Positions 45,345 to 57,750 of a DNA stretch of 64,000 nucleotides are shown here, one piece after another. The notes beneath the pieces are model-generated. The model did not search any database. It was not told where the DNA came from and was given only the letters and a program-made list of their open reading frames with translations. The first letter of the stretch is position 1; the number at the start of each line of letters is the position of its first letter. The position numbers were made by a program, and so were the translations under genes. The DNA lies in the NCBI GenBank assembly GCA_040285825.1, contig JAUPSS010000003.1:2294001-2358000 (forward strand). Reading direction: 5' to 3'. The stretch comes from Eukaryota sp. TZLM1-RC (Eukaryota; Protista; Metamonada: BaSk clade).

Positions 45345-46931
45345 ATGTCTCACTTCGAGTGTACGGTCTGCCGTGAGACCCTGGATAATCCCACTACTCT
45401 GCCTTGTGGTCATAGCTTTTGTCGTGATCGTTGTCTCGAAGCTTTTCGAAAAGACAATACTCGTTGTCCCCTTTGTCGGGAAGAAATGCCTCCTCCCCCT
45501 TTCCGAATCAACATTGTTTTGCGAGATGCTGTTGAGGCTAGTCGTAAAGAATCCGAAAATACTCCCATCTGTATGGAATGTGAGGAAGATACTGCTACTC
45601 GTTTCTGTCCTGAGTGTCCTGGTAGTTACTGTGATCCATGTTCCAGATCAGCCCATCAACCCAAAGTTCTCCGATCTCACAGCATGGTACCGATTCAACA
45701 AAAGAAAAACGTTGCTCCTATCAAGTGTTCTCATCATCCAACCAAGAACCTGGAGTATTTCTGCACACTTTGCAAGGTAGCGTTGTGCGATGCGTGTGGG
45801 TTCCTCAAAGCTCACTCTCATCACCCTGAAGAAGTTGTTCCTTTACCCATAGCCAAGAAGGTTTTCAATGTCAAGGCCAAGGAAGTGCAAGTTGCTGTTG
45901 GAGCTACCACTGCTGCTCTAGACTCTACGCAGGAACGTATTCAAGAAGTTGTTAATAAGGTTTTTGTTGAAGGTCAATCAATCTTTCATTCCTTGATTGG
46001 TGACATCATCAGACAGTCAATTTCAAAGGAAAAGGGACTTGATACATGCAGTTCTGTGGATGAGTTGCTAAACATCTCTGACCATTATGAAGAACAAATT
46101 CGTGAGCAGCTTGATACTGCATTTGAATCTCTCGCTGACTACAAAGATTCCCTGGCACAAAGCCTCAAATCTGTAAAGACAGAAGCTGATAAATTTAGGC
46201 TCAGTGTCTTTGCTGAAATGAAAGGCAAAGAAACCTTAGTGGATCAAAGTCCAAATACTTTGGTAAGGGGAGAACAATTAGTTTCACCTACTACGTTGGA
46301 TTTAATTGTCCAAAAAGGCAAGGTTTCTGCATTGGAAAATCCAGAATATACTTTTTTGGTAAATTCATTATCACGGGAGCTTCAATCAAGCTTGTTCGAG
46401 GGAGTGATTACCATGTGGAGTGGTGCAGTGATTCCTCAAGGATGGGCTCTTTGTGATGGGCAAAATGGAACACCAGATCTACGTGATAGGTTTGTTTTAG
46501 GGGCTTCTGATGTTCCTAATATTGGTCAAAAAGGAGGTCAAAATCAGGTTACATTGACTGAAGGGCAGGTTCCAAAACATAAGCATGGATTACGAATATC
46601 CCTCAATCAAGCAGGAGAACACCAGCATGGTCCAAATGATTTATTGAGGGATGATGGTGTTAAAATTGTTCAAAGCTACAGCTCCGAGCTTGATGATGCA
46701 GTTGTTAGACTTCGTCGTCAACGGTCTTCGGCTCATAGCGAATTCAAAACGCGGACACCTATTGGCTCCAGCTCAACAAGCCAGCAGATTCGTTCTGGGA
46801 AACTTTGTGAGGTGAGTACCACTGGAAGGCACACCCACACAGCAAATGGTTCTATTGAGTTTACTGGTAACAACCAACCTCATGAAAATAGACCAGCTTT
46901 CTTTAAACTTGCATTTATCATGAAGATTTAG
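45345..46931 (+). CDS. TRIM-like RING, B-box1, B-box2, coiled-coil protein fused to a phage tail-collar/fibre-tip domain
   Basis: C3HC4 RING CTVC..LPCGHSFC..C..CPLC; two B-boxes; from 46401 GVITMWSG..IPQGWALCDGQNGTPDLRDRFVLGA...VTLTEGQVPKHKH...QPHENRPAFFKLAFIMKI; intact 528 aa. Confidence 0.9.
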   Translation: MSHFECTVCRETLDNPTTLPCGHSFCRDRCLEAFRKDNTRCPLCREEMPPPPFRINIVLRDAVEASRKESENTPICMECEEDTATRFCPECPGSYCDPCSRSAHQPKVLRSHSMVPIQQKKNVAPIKCSHHPTKNLEYFCTLCKVALCDACGFLKAHSHHPEEVVPLPIAKKVFNVKAKEVQVAVGATTAALDSTQERIQEVVNKVFVEGQSIFHSLIGDIIRQSISKEKGLDTCSSVDELLNISDHYEEQIREQLDTAFESLADYKDSLAQSLKSVKTEADKFRLSVFAEMKGKETLVDQSPNTLVRGEQLVSPTTLDLIVQKGKVSALENPEYTFLVNSLSRELQSSLFEGVITMWSGAVIPQGWALCDGQNGTPDLRDRFVLGASDVPNIGQKGGQNQVTLTEGQVPKHKHGLRISLNQAGEHQHGPNDLLRDDGVKIVQSYSSELDDAVVRLRRQRSSAHSEFKTRTPIGSSSTSQQIRSGKLCEVSTTGRHTHTANGSIEFTGNNQPHENRPAFFKLAFIMKI

Positions 46932-47881
46932 ATTTTGTTCACTGCTATAAACACATGGATTGATACCACTTTTGTATAATGCTAACTTGCTAGAAGTTGT
47001 GCACGTATTGGAGTGTATAAAGTTGTAGCATTAAAAAATAGTGTAAAGAACAGCAATAATTTTCAGCGCTCTCTCAATTTGTTGTACCAACAAATTTTAA
47101 AAAAGTTTATGTCAATGATGAGATCAAAGGAAACAACAGATTTGTTTTCATCGGCGTAACAATATAATCCTTAAATTCTGTAATTTAGAATAATGTTACA
47201 GAATAAAAGTTTGTTATATCTCAGTGTTGTGCATTTAATTGTCTTTTTGGGTTCTTTCTCAACACATTAATCATGAATCAACTCAAAAATCACATTTTGA
47301 ATGATGTACTTCTTGTGTTGTTATTGATGATGTGACAATAAAACTCTTGTGCCTAAAACTTCAGGAACAATTTGCATTTAAATATTCGTTCTATAAGGAG
47401 ATATGTATTTTTAAAAGCACAACATTTCAGTATATGCATTCGATAAACCATCTACAAAGAATCCACTGCAATAATTTGGGTATTGAAGCTGTTGTTTCTA
47501 CTTATTTTCTTACTGACGAAATTTGGAAACTGGGTTCTTGAGTTTTCGTTAAATTATTTTTCTTTTTCTAAGTTTTCATAACAGACTGCGTTTCAAATTC
47601 GTTAAGGTGATGGAAAAAACTTCCAACACAGCCACTCACTTTCAAACTTTTTCTGGAATATATCACCAAAGTATTAGTACTGTATTATTGTGAAATCATC
47701 CAACAATGAACTGGAATGTGTCAATTTTTGCCAAGCACAATTGGGCTTTCAAACACTGAAACAATGTTTCAAAACATATATTTCAAAACACCTCAGCGAG
47801 AGAGATCCTGAAAAGATATTCTGAACAGAAGATGTTCAGCAACAACTGAAACAAAACGGTTTTATTACACACTGTTAAACA

Positions 47882-48308
47882 ATGGAGAGTGACGAAGAAA
47901 GAGAGCACAGACGCCAAGAGTACTATAAGACTCACGAACGGCCTCCACAAGAACAGCTACAGGAAGAGCGTCGAGACAGACGTCACAGAAAGCATGGTAC
48001 ACATGGCATTCACGGATGGTTTAGATATGGTCCACATGAACAATTGCCGTTCAGCTTAGGAGACTCAGGACCTAATGGTAAGTTGATCGCTCCGTCTGAC
48101 TATAGGATGTTTTGTCAATTTGGAAACCAAGGAAGTTCGGAAGTTCAAACCCGAAGCTGAAACCCAATTCAAGTTTTATGGACCAAAGTCCCATATTGTC
48201 CCCGGCAAAGACACAGGACCAATGGGAGGTGATTTCGATTTGCGAAATAGTCAGTTATTTGAGCCTAGAGACCCAGATGATCCATTTTACAAAGATATGT
48301 ACATGTAA
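47882..48308 (+). CDS. Unknown 132-aa protein, two exons (intron 48078-48105)
   Basis: Removing the 28-nt gtaag...gactatag intron gives SGPNG-CFVNLETKEVRKFKPE, matching the paralogue. Confidence 0.85.
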
Positions 48309-48859
48309 GAACCATTGATTATAAACAAAACGTTCAATAAACCTGAATACTACTTGACATCACCACACTGATAAGAGAGCTAATCTTCGAACGTCTGCTT
48401 TGGAATTGGCAATCAATTGGCAATTTTTCAATATTGTCAATAGTGTTGACAACGTCATCAATCTTATTAGCAGACTCAGAAATATATTTAATTCAAATCT
48501 GCTTGGTCTGTTTGAGACATTATTGATTAACAACTACTTTTACATTTTTCTCATTGTTTTGTTCTTTATTCCCCCTAAGAATCACCATGTCAAAATTGTG
48601 CTCATGGGTTAAATTTTCTGCTGATAACTATTTGCCATTTATTATTTTTTTTATTTTTTATTGGATCGCAATTATTAGATTCCCAATTCAATTTTCCCAA
48701 ACTTCAGACATTAGTCTAGTAACAGTATGCCCACCATCTTCTAATTCATAACCTTTATGTGTCGAAAGATCACAATCTATATTATCAAGCAATCCTTCAT
48801 ATCACCAGTGTTCAATTGAATTTCACTCATCAACGCTTTATTACCAAGCTATCAGTAAA

Positions 48860-49287
48860 TCACATATACATGTTCTGGTAAAATTCATCATCGGGATCTT
48901 TTGGTTCCATCAATTGATTGTTTTTCAGATCAAAATCACCACCTCTTGGTCCAGTATCTCTACCTCCAACATGTTCTTTTGGACCATACATCTTTACTCC
49001 AATTTCTGTCTCAGGCTTGAACTTTCGCACTTCCTTGGTCTGTAAGTTTAAAAAACATCCTTTGATTAGTGGTTGATTAAAAGAATAAGTGGAAGCGCAA
49101 CGTGGCATTACGTTATCACCAGTATTTCAAACAAACCATTGGGTCCTGAATTTCCGAGATTATGAGGTAATTGTTCGTGGGGACCATATCTAAACCAACC
49201 ATGAACATCCTCTGTACCATGCTTTTGATGTCTTCTTTCACGGCGTTCGTCACGAAGACGTTGTTGTTCTTCAGGAGCTCTAGACAT
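48860..49287 (-). CDS. Unknown 116-aa paralogue, two exons (intron 49060-49136)
   Basis: 77-nt gtttg...actaatcaaag intron at the same codon position; shared HGWFRYGPHEQLP, DTGPxGGDFDL, DPDDxFY..MYM. Confidence 0.85.
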
Positions 49288-50773
49288 ACTGGCAACAATT
49301 GTGGAACAAATTCTGGTCAGTTTAAAAAAGGACAGAATATCTTTCACTGTAGAGGTTTACAGTGTTCTACCACTAACCTTTTTTCAAGTTCAATTTGTCA
49401 AGAGTTCAATCTTTTCGGTATTGTATGTGAATCCTTGTAATCCACAACATCCTGATCAATAATTGTGAATTTAGCTCAGTTTTAATTTAATTAATTATAT
49501 TTAATTTTTTTATTTCTTTATCTATTTATCTATTCTTTGTTTTTCACATTTATAGTAATCAAAACAGAAAATTATTGCGTGTTAGAAAAATTGAAACAAG
49601 TGTTATATTGTAAAAGTCCATAAACAAACACATACTTATAGTCTTTTATTGAACAAAACAACCAAAATAGTGGCTGATGCATTTAATTCTTCATTGATCA
49701 ATTGTGAACAACGCAAATTATATAATACAGTGTCTCAGATCTTTATTCATAGTTTTCAACATCCTTTTGAAGACTGAAAATACCAGCTTCTCACCTGTAA
49801 CTCCCAGAGAAAGTCCTTTCGAATCCTGACACAGTTTTGAACTATAACCGCAAAATTTCTATGCAGTTGAATCACAACTTACATATTTTGTGTGATGATT
49901 TCAGTGCCTTCAGTTTTTCACAACATTGAATTAAGTTAAAAACACATAGCTGTCAAAGCACGAAATTTGTGCCATTAGGGCATTGATATTGGACAGTTCT
50001 GAATAACAAAAGTTATCAACAGCATCAACTGTAAAATTTGCTCCTCGGCTGAAAGCCTAATTATGGAAGTTTAGTTTTATCTATTCTTGTTTTTTGGCAA
50101 TCATTTATGCGTCAATGACGATTGAAGCAATAAAATTCAAGATGATGTAAATGTTTGCCAGATATTGTCATCACAATTTTCCTTTTCGAACTACGAACAA
50201 TTACAAATGTTCTTGATTCAGTTAGATACATCCTCTTCAACAACAATGTCAGTATTCTGCATAGTTTCTGTAGGCGTTTTAAATGAGCTGTCTCGCAAAA
50301 CTCAAAATGATTAATTATTTTGTATACTGATTGAAATGGTCAATCAAAATCCTGGTGATAGACTGTCGAATTTCTTTCAGAGCTAATCATTTGAAAGTTT
50401 CGGTATTACTTTGATGTGTATTAATGTTTACTATGTTAAACTGTTTTGAAATAATAATGTTAATAATAATGTGTTTAGACTAAAATAATATACAGATGTA
50501 TAATTGTATCAGTTTAAATTTCCAGACCTTGGTAACACTCAAATTTTTTGAAGAGGTTTTCCTGTCAAGCAGGAAAAGTAACATGCAAAAGGCAGAAGAC
50601 ACGAATTTTGTGAAATAATTTTGTTGTTCTCATTTGTGAATAAAACCGTTTGTGCACCGTTTTATTAGAACTGAATCAAATTAACCTAAAATTTTAAACC
50701 TTGACAACATTAAATGTTTTACCATGATGAAATTATTATATCAATCAATATAATTATAAAACACAAAAGAAAT

Positions 50774-52539
50774 CTAAACCTTCATGATAAAAGCAAGCTT
50801 ATAGAAAGCCGGTCTATTTTCGTGGGGTTCGTTGTTACCACTGAAATCCATAGAGCCATTTGCAGTGTGGATGTGCCTTCCAGTGAAACTTTTTCCACAA
50901 GGTTTCTCGGTACCGATTTGCTGCTGGCTTGTAGGGCTCGGGTGAGGTCTCAATTGGGGAGGTATGCCAGAACGAATGCTTTGTGAATAAAGTGACGAAT
51001 CAGTACTTTGGACATTCTTCTTCTTTTCGTGGGGTTGGTTGCTACCAGTAAATTCCATAGAAGCACTTGCAGTGTGGCTGTACACTCCACTGCTTCTCAA
51101 CTTGCAAGGTTTTCCGGAGCATATTTGCTGCAGGTTTTTTGTTGTGTTACTAGAAGGAGTAGGGCGAGTACGTAGACTAGCGACTAGGTCACCTTGCTCA
51201 GGGCTGTATTTTTTAACAGTTTTAACACCATCCCTCAAAAAATCGTATTGGCTGTGCTGGTGATCCCCTGCCTGATCGAGCGTAATCTGTATTCTATGCT
51301 TATGTTTTGGAACCTGCCCTTCAGTCAATGTAACTTGATCTTGACCTCCTTTTTGACCAATACTAGAAACATCAGACGCCCCTAAAACAAACCTATCACG
51401 TAGATCTGGTGTTCCATTTTTCCCGTCACAAAGAACCCATCCTTGAGGAATCACTGCACCACTCCACATGGTAATGACTCCCTCGAACAAGCTTGATTGA
51501 AGCTCCCGTGATAATGAATTTACCAAAAAAAGTATATTCTGGATTTTCCAATACAGAAACCTTGCCTTTTTGTGCAATTAAATCCAGCGTACTAGGTGAA
51601 ACTACTTGTTCTTCCCTTACCAAAGTATTTCTACTTTGATCCACTAAGGCTTCTTTGCCTTTCATATCAGCAAAGACACTGAGCCTAAATTTATCAGCTT
51701 CGTTCTTCACAGATTTGAGGCTTTGAGCCAGGGAATCCTTGTAGTCGGCGAGAGATTCAAAAGCAGTGTCAAGCTGCTCACGAATTTGTTCTTCATATTG
51801 GTCAGAGATGTTTAGCAACTCATCCACAGAACTACAAGTATCAAGTCCCCTTTTCCTTTGAAATTGACTGTCTGATGACGTCACCAATCAAGGAATGAAA
51901 GATTGATTGACCTTCAACAAAAACCTTATTAACAACTTCTTGAATACGTTCCTGCGTAGAGTCTAAAGCAGCAGTCGTAGCCCCAACAGCAACTTGCACT
52001 TCCTTGGTCTTGTCGTTGAAAACCTTCTTGGCTATGGGTAAAGGAACAACTTCTTCAGGGTGATGAGAGTGAGCTTTGAGGAACATACACGCATCGCACA
52101 ACGCTACGTTGCAAAGTGTGCGGAAATACTCCAGGTTCTTGGTTGGATGATGAGAACACTTGATAGGAGCAACGTTTTTCTTTTGTTGAATCGGTACCAT
52201 GCTGTGAGATCGGAGAACTTTGGGTTGATGGGTTGATCTGGAACATGGATCACAGTAACTACCAGGACACTTAGGACAGAAACGAGTAGCAGTATCTTCC
52301 TCACATTCCATACAGATGGGAGTATTTTCGGATTCTTTACGACTAGCCTCAATAGCATCTCGCAAAACAATGTTGATTCGGTAAGGGGGAGGAGGCATTT
52401 CTTCCCGACAAAGGGGACAACGAGTATTGTCTTTTCGAAAAGCTTCGAGACAGCGATCACGACAAAAGCTATGACCACAAGGCAGAGTAGTGGGATTCTC
52501 CAGTGTTTCACGGCAAACCGTACACTCGAAGTGAGACAT
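50774..52539 (-). pseudogene. Second TRIM/tail-fibre copy with two +1 homopolymer frameshifts and a duplicated tip
   Basis: Near-identical to 45345-46580; extra base in runs at 51847-51850 and 51525-51531; B-box2 Cys to Arg; the frameshifts could be sequencing errors. Confidence 0.8.
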
Positions 52540-53389
52540 TGGATTGGGAAAGCTTGATATAAAATCTAAAACTAGATCAAATGAAATTTCTTATTGTAAA
52601 ACCAAAGACATGTGATGGATCCAAAAATATTTCAGTACCCGAAGAACTCCTCTACAACACCTTCATACACTTGTTCATAACACTTACTCTTCAAATTGGA
52701 TCAAAGAAAGAACACTAAACGTTAGCAATCGATTCGTTGTGTGAAATTCAATGTGGGAATGTGAGAATTTAAGGAGGACCCACCTCATCCTTTTTCTTCT
52801 TATGAACATGAACTGAATGTTATTGATTGACATTGGATGTGCTTTTAAGTATCTTGTTACAACAAATAAGCAATACAGGTACAACTTGTTGACCATTTCT
52901 GTCAAGATTAACCATTTTAAGCACATCATTATAATTTTTTTGCTCTTCAACAAACGATTAGAAATAATCAAAATTTAACAGCACTAACCAAACACAATGC
53001 GCAAATGCGTGTTCACCAACAATTGTCAAGATTTGTATTGTGTATTAAAAGTTGATTTCAAAGCTGCAAATTTGACTGTTTGGTGAACAGAGGTTCAACG
53101 CATTATGAGAAAAGAATGTATCTACTGAGATCAAAGACCTCAATTCGACTGTTATTCCTTCAACTGTAAGTGTTTCACCATTTTCTTAATAATTGAGCTC
53201 TCTTTTTCGTCAATCATCAATGGAATGTTACAAGTATAAACAATGGTGAAATTTTACACAGTTAATCAACAGGGCATTTCGGCTTTTTTATCATGATAGG
53301 TTCATCTACAGGGAATTGAAGGTACCGTTTCAGAATAAATATTATTATTCGATAATTTGATAATTTAATAAATTAAAAAAAATGAAATA

Positions 53390-55930
53390 TTTATTTTCTA
53401 CGTAATTACAAAACAAAACAAATTTAAACGCATAAGAAACAAAATTTCTCCACACCAACTCTTGAAGAATCTTTGTACAGGTTGGACATGATCAAATTTC
53501 AATATTTGGAAACACTTCTATACAAAGCAAAGGTGATACGCTTCTTCCATAATTGCCCAGCAAAATTCTTACCACTTGAACGACATAAATTATCAAAATC
53601 TTTGAGAAATTTCAAACCAGATGGTCCAGTATTGGCAAAAATCAGAGAAGGCAACAGGAACAAAAAGAAAACTTTTTTTTCCTTTATTTATTTTTATTCA
53701 ACAACAAATATGAAATACACAATTAAAACTCCACATCCTCAAAACCTGCCTCCCCTACATCAAAACAATTAATTGCTAAAGATTCAGAAAATTTCCCAAA
53801 AGAAGATAGTGAATCAGAAATTAGTTTTACCATTCCCTTAAAAATAGAAAATACAATCCTGTTTTGCCAGTAAACACGATTGAAAATTCTTCCAGTTCTT
53901 TCCTTAATAACTGCAACAAAATCCTCAAGGAAAGCCATAGCAGCCTTACCTAGAGATCCAAGCAAAGATAAAACAAATGGACATAAATTATATTGGGCAT
54001 GAGAATTTTCATTAACCGAGGAAATGGGTTTCGCATATTTAGCAATTTTATATTTTTCGCCTGCAAGAAGAGGATTATTTACATCCGAGTTAATGAGATG
54101 TTCGTTAGAGGAATTACAAGGGTCGATAGACATGGCGTCCAAAATAGTAAAACTACCATTTAAACCAGGAACAACTAGATCACCTCTAGTCAGACCCATA
54201 GAAGCTCTGTTGTAACGCGTACTATCAATATTGGGATCATCAAGAATTAATTTTGATAACAGCGGTTCTAAATAGGAATCTACTCTATATGATTTGCACA
54301 TTACATAAATTTGGTCCCTGACGTTATTATGCACTTTGCTTCTAAACGTAATGAAATGTGTGCAGTTCAAAAGATGAGTAAACAAAAGAGGTTTACCACA
54401 TTTACAAGTTAAATGATTGGGCAAATTGTTTGGCCACAGAAAACAACGAAAACGCATGTTTAGAAGCCATTCATTGTTTTTTTAACAAAAGTCCATAAAC
54501 AGAGGGAACTTGAGTTACTAAAGCAGCAGCTGAACTATCACGAATATCCTTTAAAAAATTACCGACAGCGGGATTTTTAGTTTTGTCCAAGCCAAGTCTT
54601 ACTTCATAATCCAAGCCTTCATATAATTTAACCAGATGGTGCTGAAGCTTTTTCAAGCAAAAACGTAAATTTGGAAGTGATCGGGTGGGAATTTCTTGAA
54701 CATTTTGAGGAAAACACTGAATCCAGATAGCATTAGGCAAATTTTCTAATTCAAATTGCAGTTGATTCAAGTAAAAATTTGATTCACTATTGATCAGATG
54801 AACATCAAAAGGGAACCTTTGGAAAAATTCAAAAACAAAATTTTTACCACCTCCCAAAAATGCTGCTTTACACAGAATCGAAGATTTGGTGAATCCAATT
54901 CCACCCAAATCTGCTGAACAAAATACATGACTTCGAATTAAAGATTCATTTACTTCTAATAAAGAAGAAAAAAATTTGACTCGAAGTTTGTTAAAAGATC
55001 TGCAAAAATTGAGAGATACCGATGGGGGAGTTGACCTTTAAATATGAGTGAATTTTCCAGAATAACAAATTTTTAAAATAAAAAATTTGATGTGTTTCTC
55101 AATGTCACATTCAGCAATAAAACTAAGATCCTTTTCAAACTTCTCCAATAAATTGTTCAACTGGGAATAAATTTCATCCAAATTGCCAAGCCAACATCCA
55201 AGAAACTTAAAAGCTTGTTGGTCATAATTGATAAAAGGAATCTGAGCTCCACCAATCATCAAAGATTGTTTTTCTCTACCAATCAAGAGACATTTAGATG
55301 GGTTCAAAGCTAAACCAATTTCTTTGTATTTCGCCGCAATCGCTTCAGAAACCCTAGAAATACTTTCAAAAGAACCAATAATAGAAATGTCATCCATATA
55401 GGCAACAATACGCAAATCAGGGAAATCTTGTTGTGTCATTTTAATAATATTATGAATAGCCAAACAAAACAGCAAAGGGCCAAGAGGATCACCTTGTTTC
55501 ACACCAGAAGAAGATTAAAGGGTAAAGAAGTCAAAAATTAAGTCTGATTTTTTTCCATAAAATAAATAAAAATATGCAGAAAGTTCAGGAAAATCATGAA
55601 GAATCACATCAAAAATACAATTACGTTTCACAGAAATGAAAGCATTTTTGAAATCCAAATTGAAAATATATTGATGTTGTTGACTATTGAAAAAAAACAT
55701 CTGAAGTCATTGAAGCAACAGAAGCACCTTCAACAGTTTTTATACCAAATTGGAAAGGCTTCAAGTCCCTTGCTTTAGTAGAAATGCTGTTAAAAATAAG
55801 CGAAGAAAGCAATCTGGTTAATGACTCTCCAATAGCAATTGGTCTAACTCCATCAGGTTTGTCACCTTTACCAGGTTTAACTAAAGCAACTAAACGGGCA
55901 GCAGTCAATTCATGCGGAAAGAAAAGAACC
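53390..55930 (-). mobile_element. Decayed CRE-like non-LTR retrotransposon (RT + RLE) plus adjacent family C 3' fragment
   Basis: DGVRPIAIGE, LDFKNAF, KQGDPLGPLLFCLAIH, AYMDD, CKC..HLLNC..HNNVRD, RGDLVVPG, EKYKIAKY. Confidence 0.85.
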
Positions 55931-57140
55931 ACTATACACATATACACCCATATATTACCTCAAAAAATTTGGAAAAAAATTAAAAAAATGTTCGTTTTGG
56001 TTATTATAGAATCATTTCTATTTCTTCATTCAAGATAGTTTCTGTAAATTGTCAAATTCAAAGCATTGAATTGAAAAGGAAAACTGGGAGTAAAGGTTTC
56101 TATTTGAATCATTCCATACTTCACCAATTTTTCTCGTTTACGAACCTCAGCCTTGTTCAAGTGACCATTAGAACTAACTTAAACATCATCACGATAAATT
56201 GAAGCAAAGGGATCAACAGTAGTAAAATCAACAACAATTTGAGAGGAATCCACAAAAGGAGCAATAAAATCACAACGACGAGAATCAAACAAATCATTAT
56301 CGCTTTAATGCTGCAACAAGGGTTCTACTTTGCAACTGAAATTGTCACACTAAAACAATTCGAAGGTCACATCACGAAGGGCATTATGAAGAACTGGCCG
56401 ATATTGAAGAAATTTCTTACAACTCACAATAGGACCGAAATTGGTAGACGGGTTTTCGTTGCAAATAATTCGTAATTTAATAATATCAAATTTTAATTAT
56501 TTAATAATAATCAACCTTTGGTCACACAGCTTTAGACGCTACTGTGACTATTGATCGAATATTTTGAAATACATTAGATACTTAAATTAATGCAAGAACC
56601 TCAATAGTGACATCCTAGAGAATTGCATGTAGTTGTGTTGTTTTAAAACAGATAGATTATTTAGATGTTGATTTTTAAGTTGTTTAATAAATAAAAATTT
56701 TAAACAAAATTATGCAAATTTCTAAAACACCGAATATCCGATTTTCAATCTAAAATGATAATACAGTCACAATTTCTCAAGTTGTAAACATATATCCAAG
56801 ATAATGATGGATTAAGCACACATCATAAATGTGATGTAAAAGTGTACAACAAGCAAAAAAATTCTGAATTTTTGGTATGATTATATTGTTTTAAGTTCAA
56901 GCTTTTGTAAATCAAAAAACAATTGATGGTGAGTTTATTATTACACAATTGAAGTGCTTTTACCCTCGGCTAATGGATTTGGATGAAAGGAAGAAAAAAA
57001 AGTTCGGATGAAATGAATTTGAATATATTTGTTCGAATTTTGTGTTATCAATCCATTCACGTCAAACATCACTCATTTAATCCGAACCAAAATTATTCAA
57101 TGAAATACTTTTGAAATTTCTTGAAATACAGCCTCTTCGA

Positions 57141-57750
57141 CTTTAGTGATGCCTTGAAACGTGCAAAAAAATGGTTTTAAAACGTATCTTAAAACAAGAC
57201 CATCCGCCAATAAAGAAGTTTATTGAAGAACAATAGATTTAGAAATTCCCATTCACCCCATTCTTGTTCATTTTAAATCTGACGCTTTTGCTCCTTCTTT
57301 GGACACTCTGGAAAAATTGAAAGCGTGGAGACCACCACAAAATGTGTTGGAATTAAAGAGAGGTAGTGAGGGGGAAGCTTTGATGAATGCCATTAGAGTT
57401 GGTTTGGATGATAGAATACAAGGGGAGAAGAAACGAAAAGAAAAATGATCAGAAGGGATCAGTCATGATGTGTCAGATGACGTGTCATGTTTGAAAAGGC
57501 GGGAAAACAGATCAAGTCAGGATGAAAACGTGTCACGTGTCGATGACACGGCTGATGACGTTACTAGTCAAAAAATTATGATCCCTTCTCGACCCTCAAA
57601 AGACAACCAGGATGTTTTTAAAATTAGTTCTTCAAATCAATCCCTCACTCAAGCCATTATGCATTTGGTACCTGACGAAGCGAACGATATAATCAAAAGA
57701 AGAACAATTCAACGCTGGGATGCAAAGAAAAAACGTTTTGTTACAATTAA
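57141..57750 (+). pseudogene. Duplicated internal fragment of DBP10 (source about 34115-34722)
   Basis: High nucleotide similarity to DBP10; premature stops (e.g. TAA at 57178-57180). Confidence 0.9.

Noticed and set aside
46401-46931. Prophage or bacterial contamination as the source of the tail-collar domain
   Set aside because: It is fused in frame to eukaryotic RING/B-box domains in two copies, and no other phage genes are present
49060-49136. Intronic C/D snoRNA in the 77-nt intron
   Set aside because: Only a weak C-like box (GTGATAA) and a short hairpin; no CTGA D box
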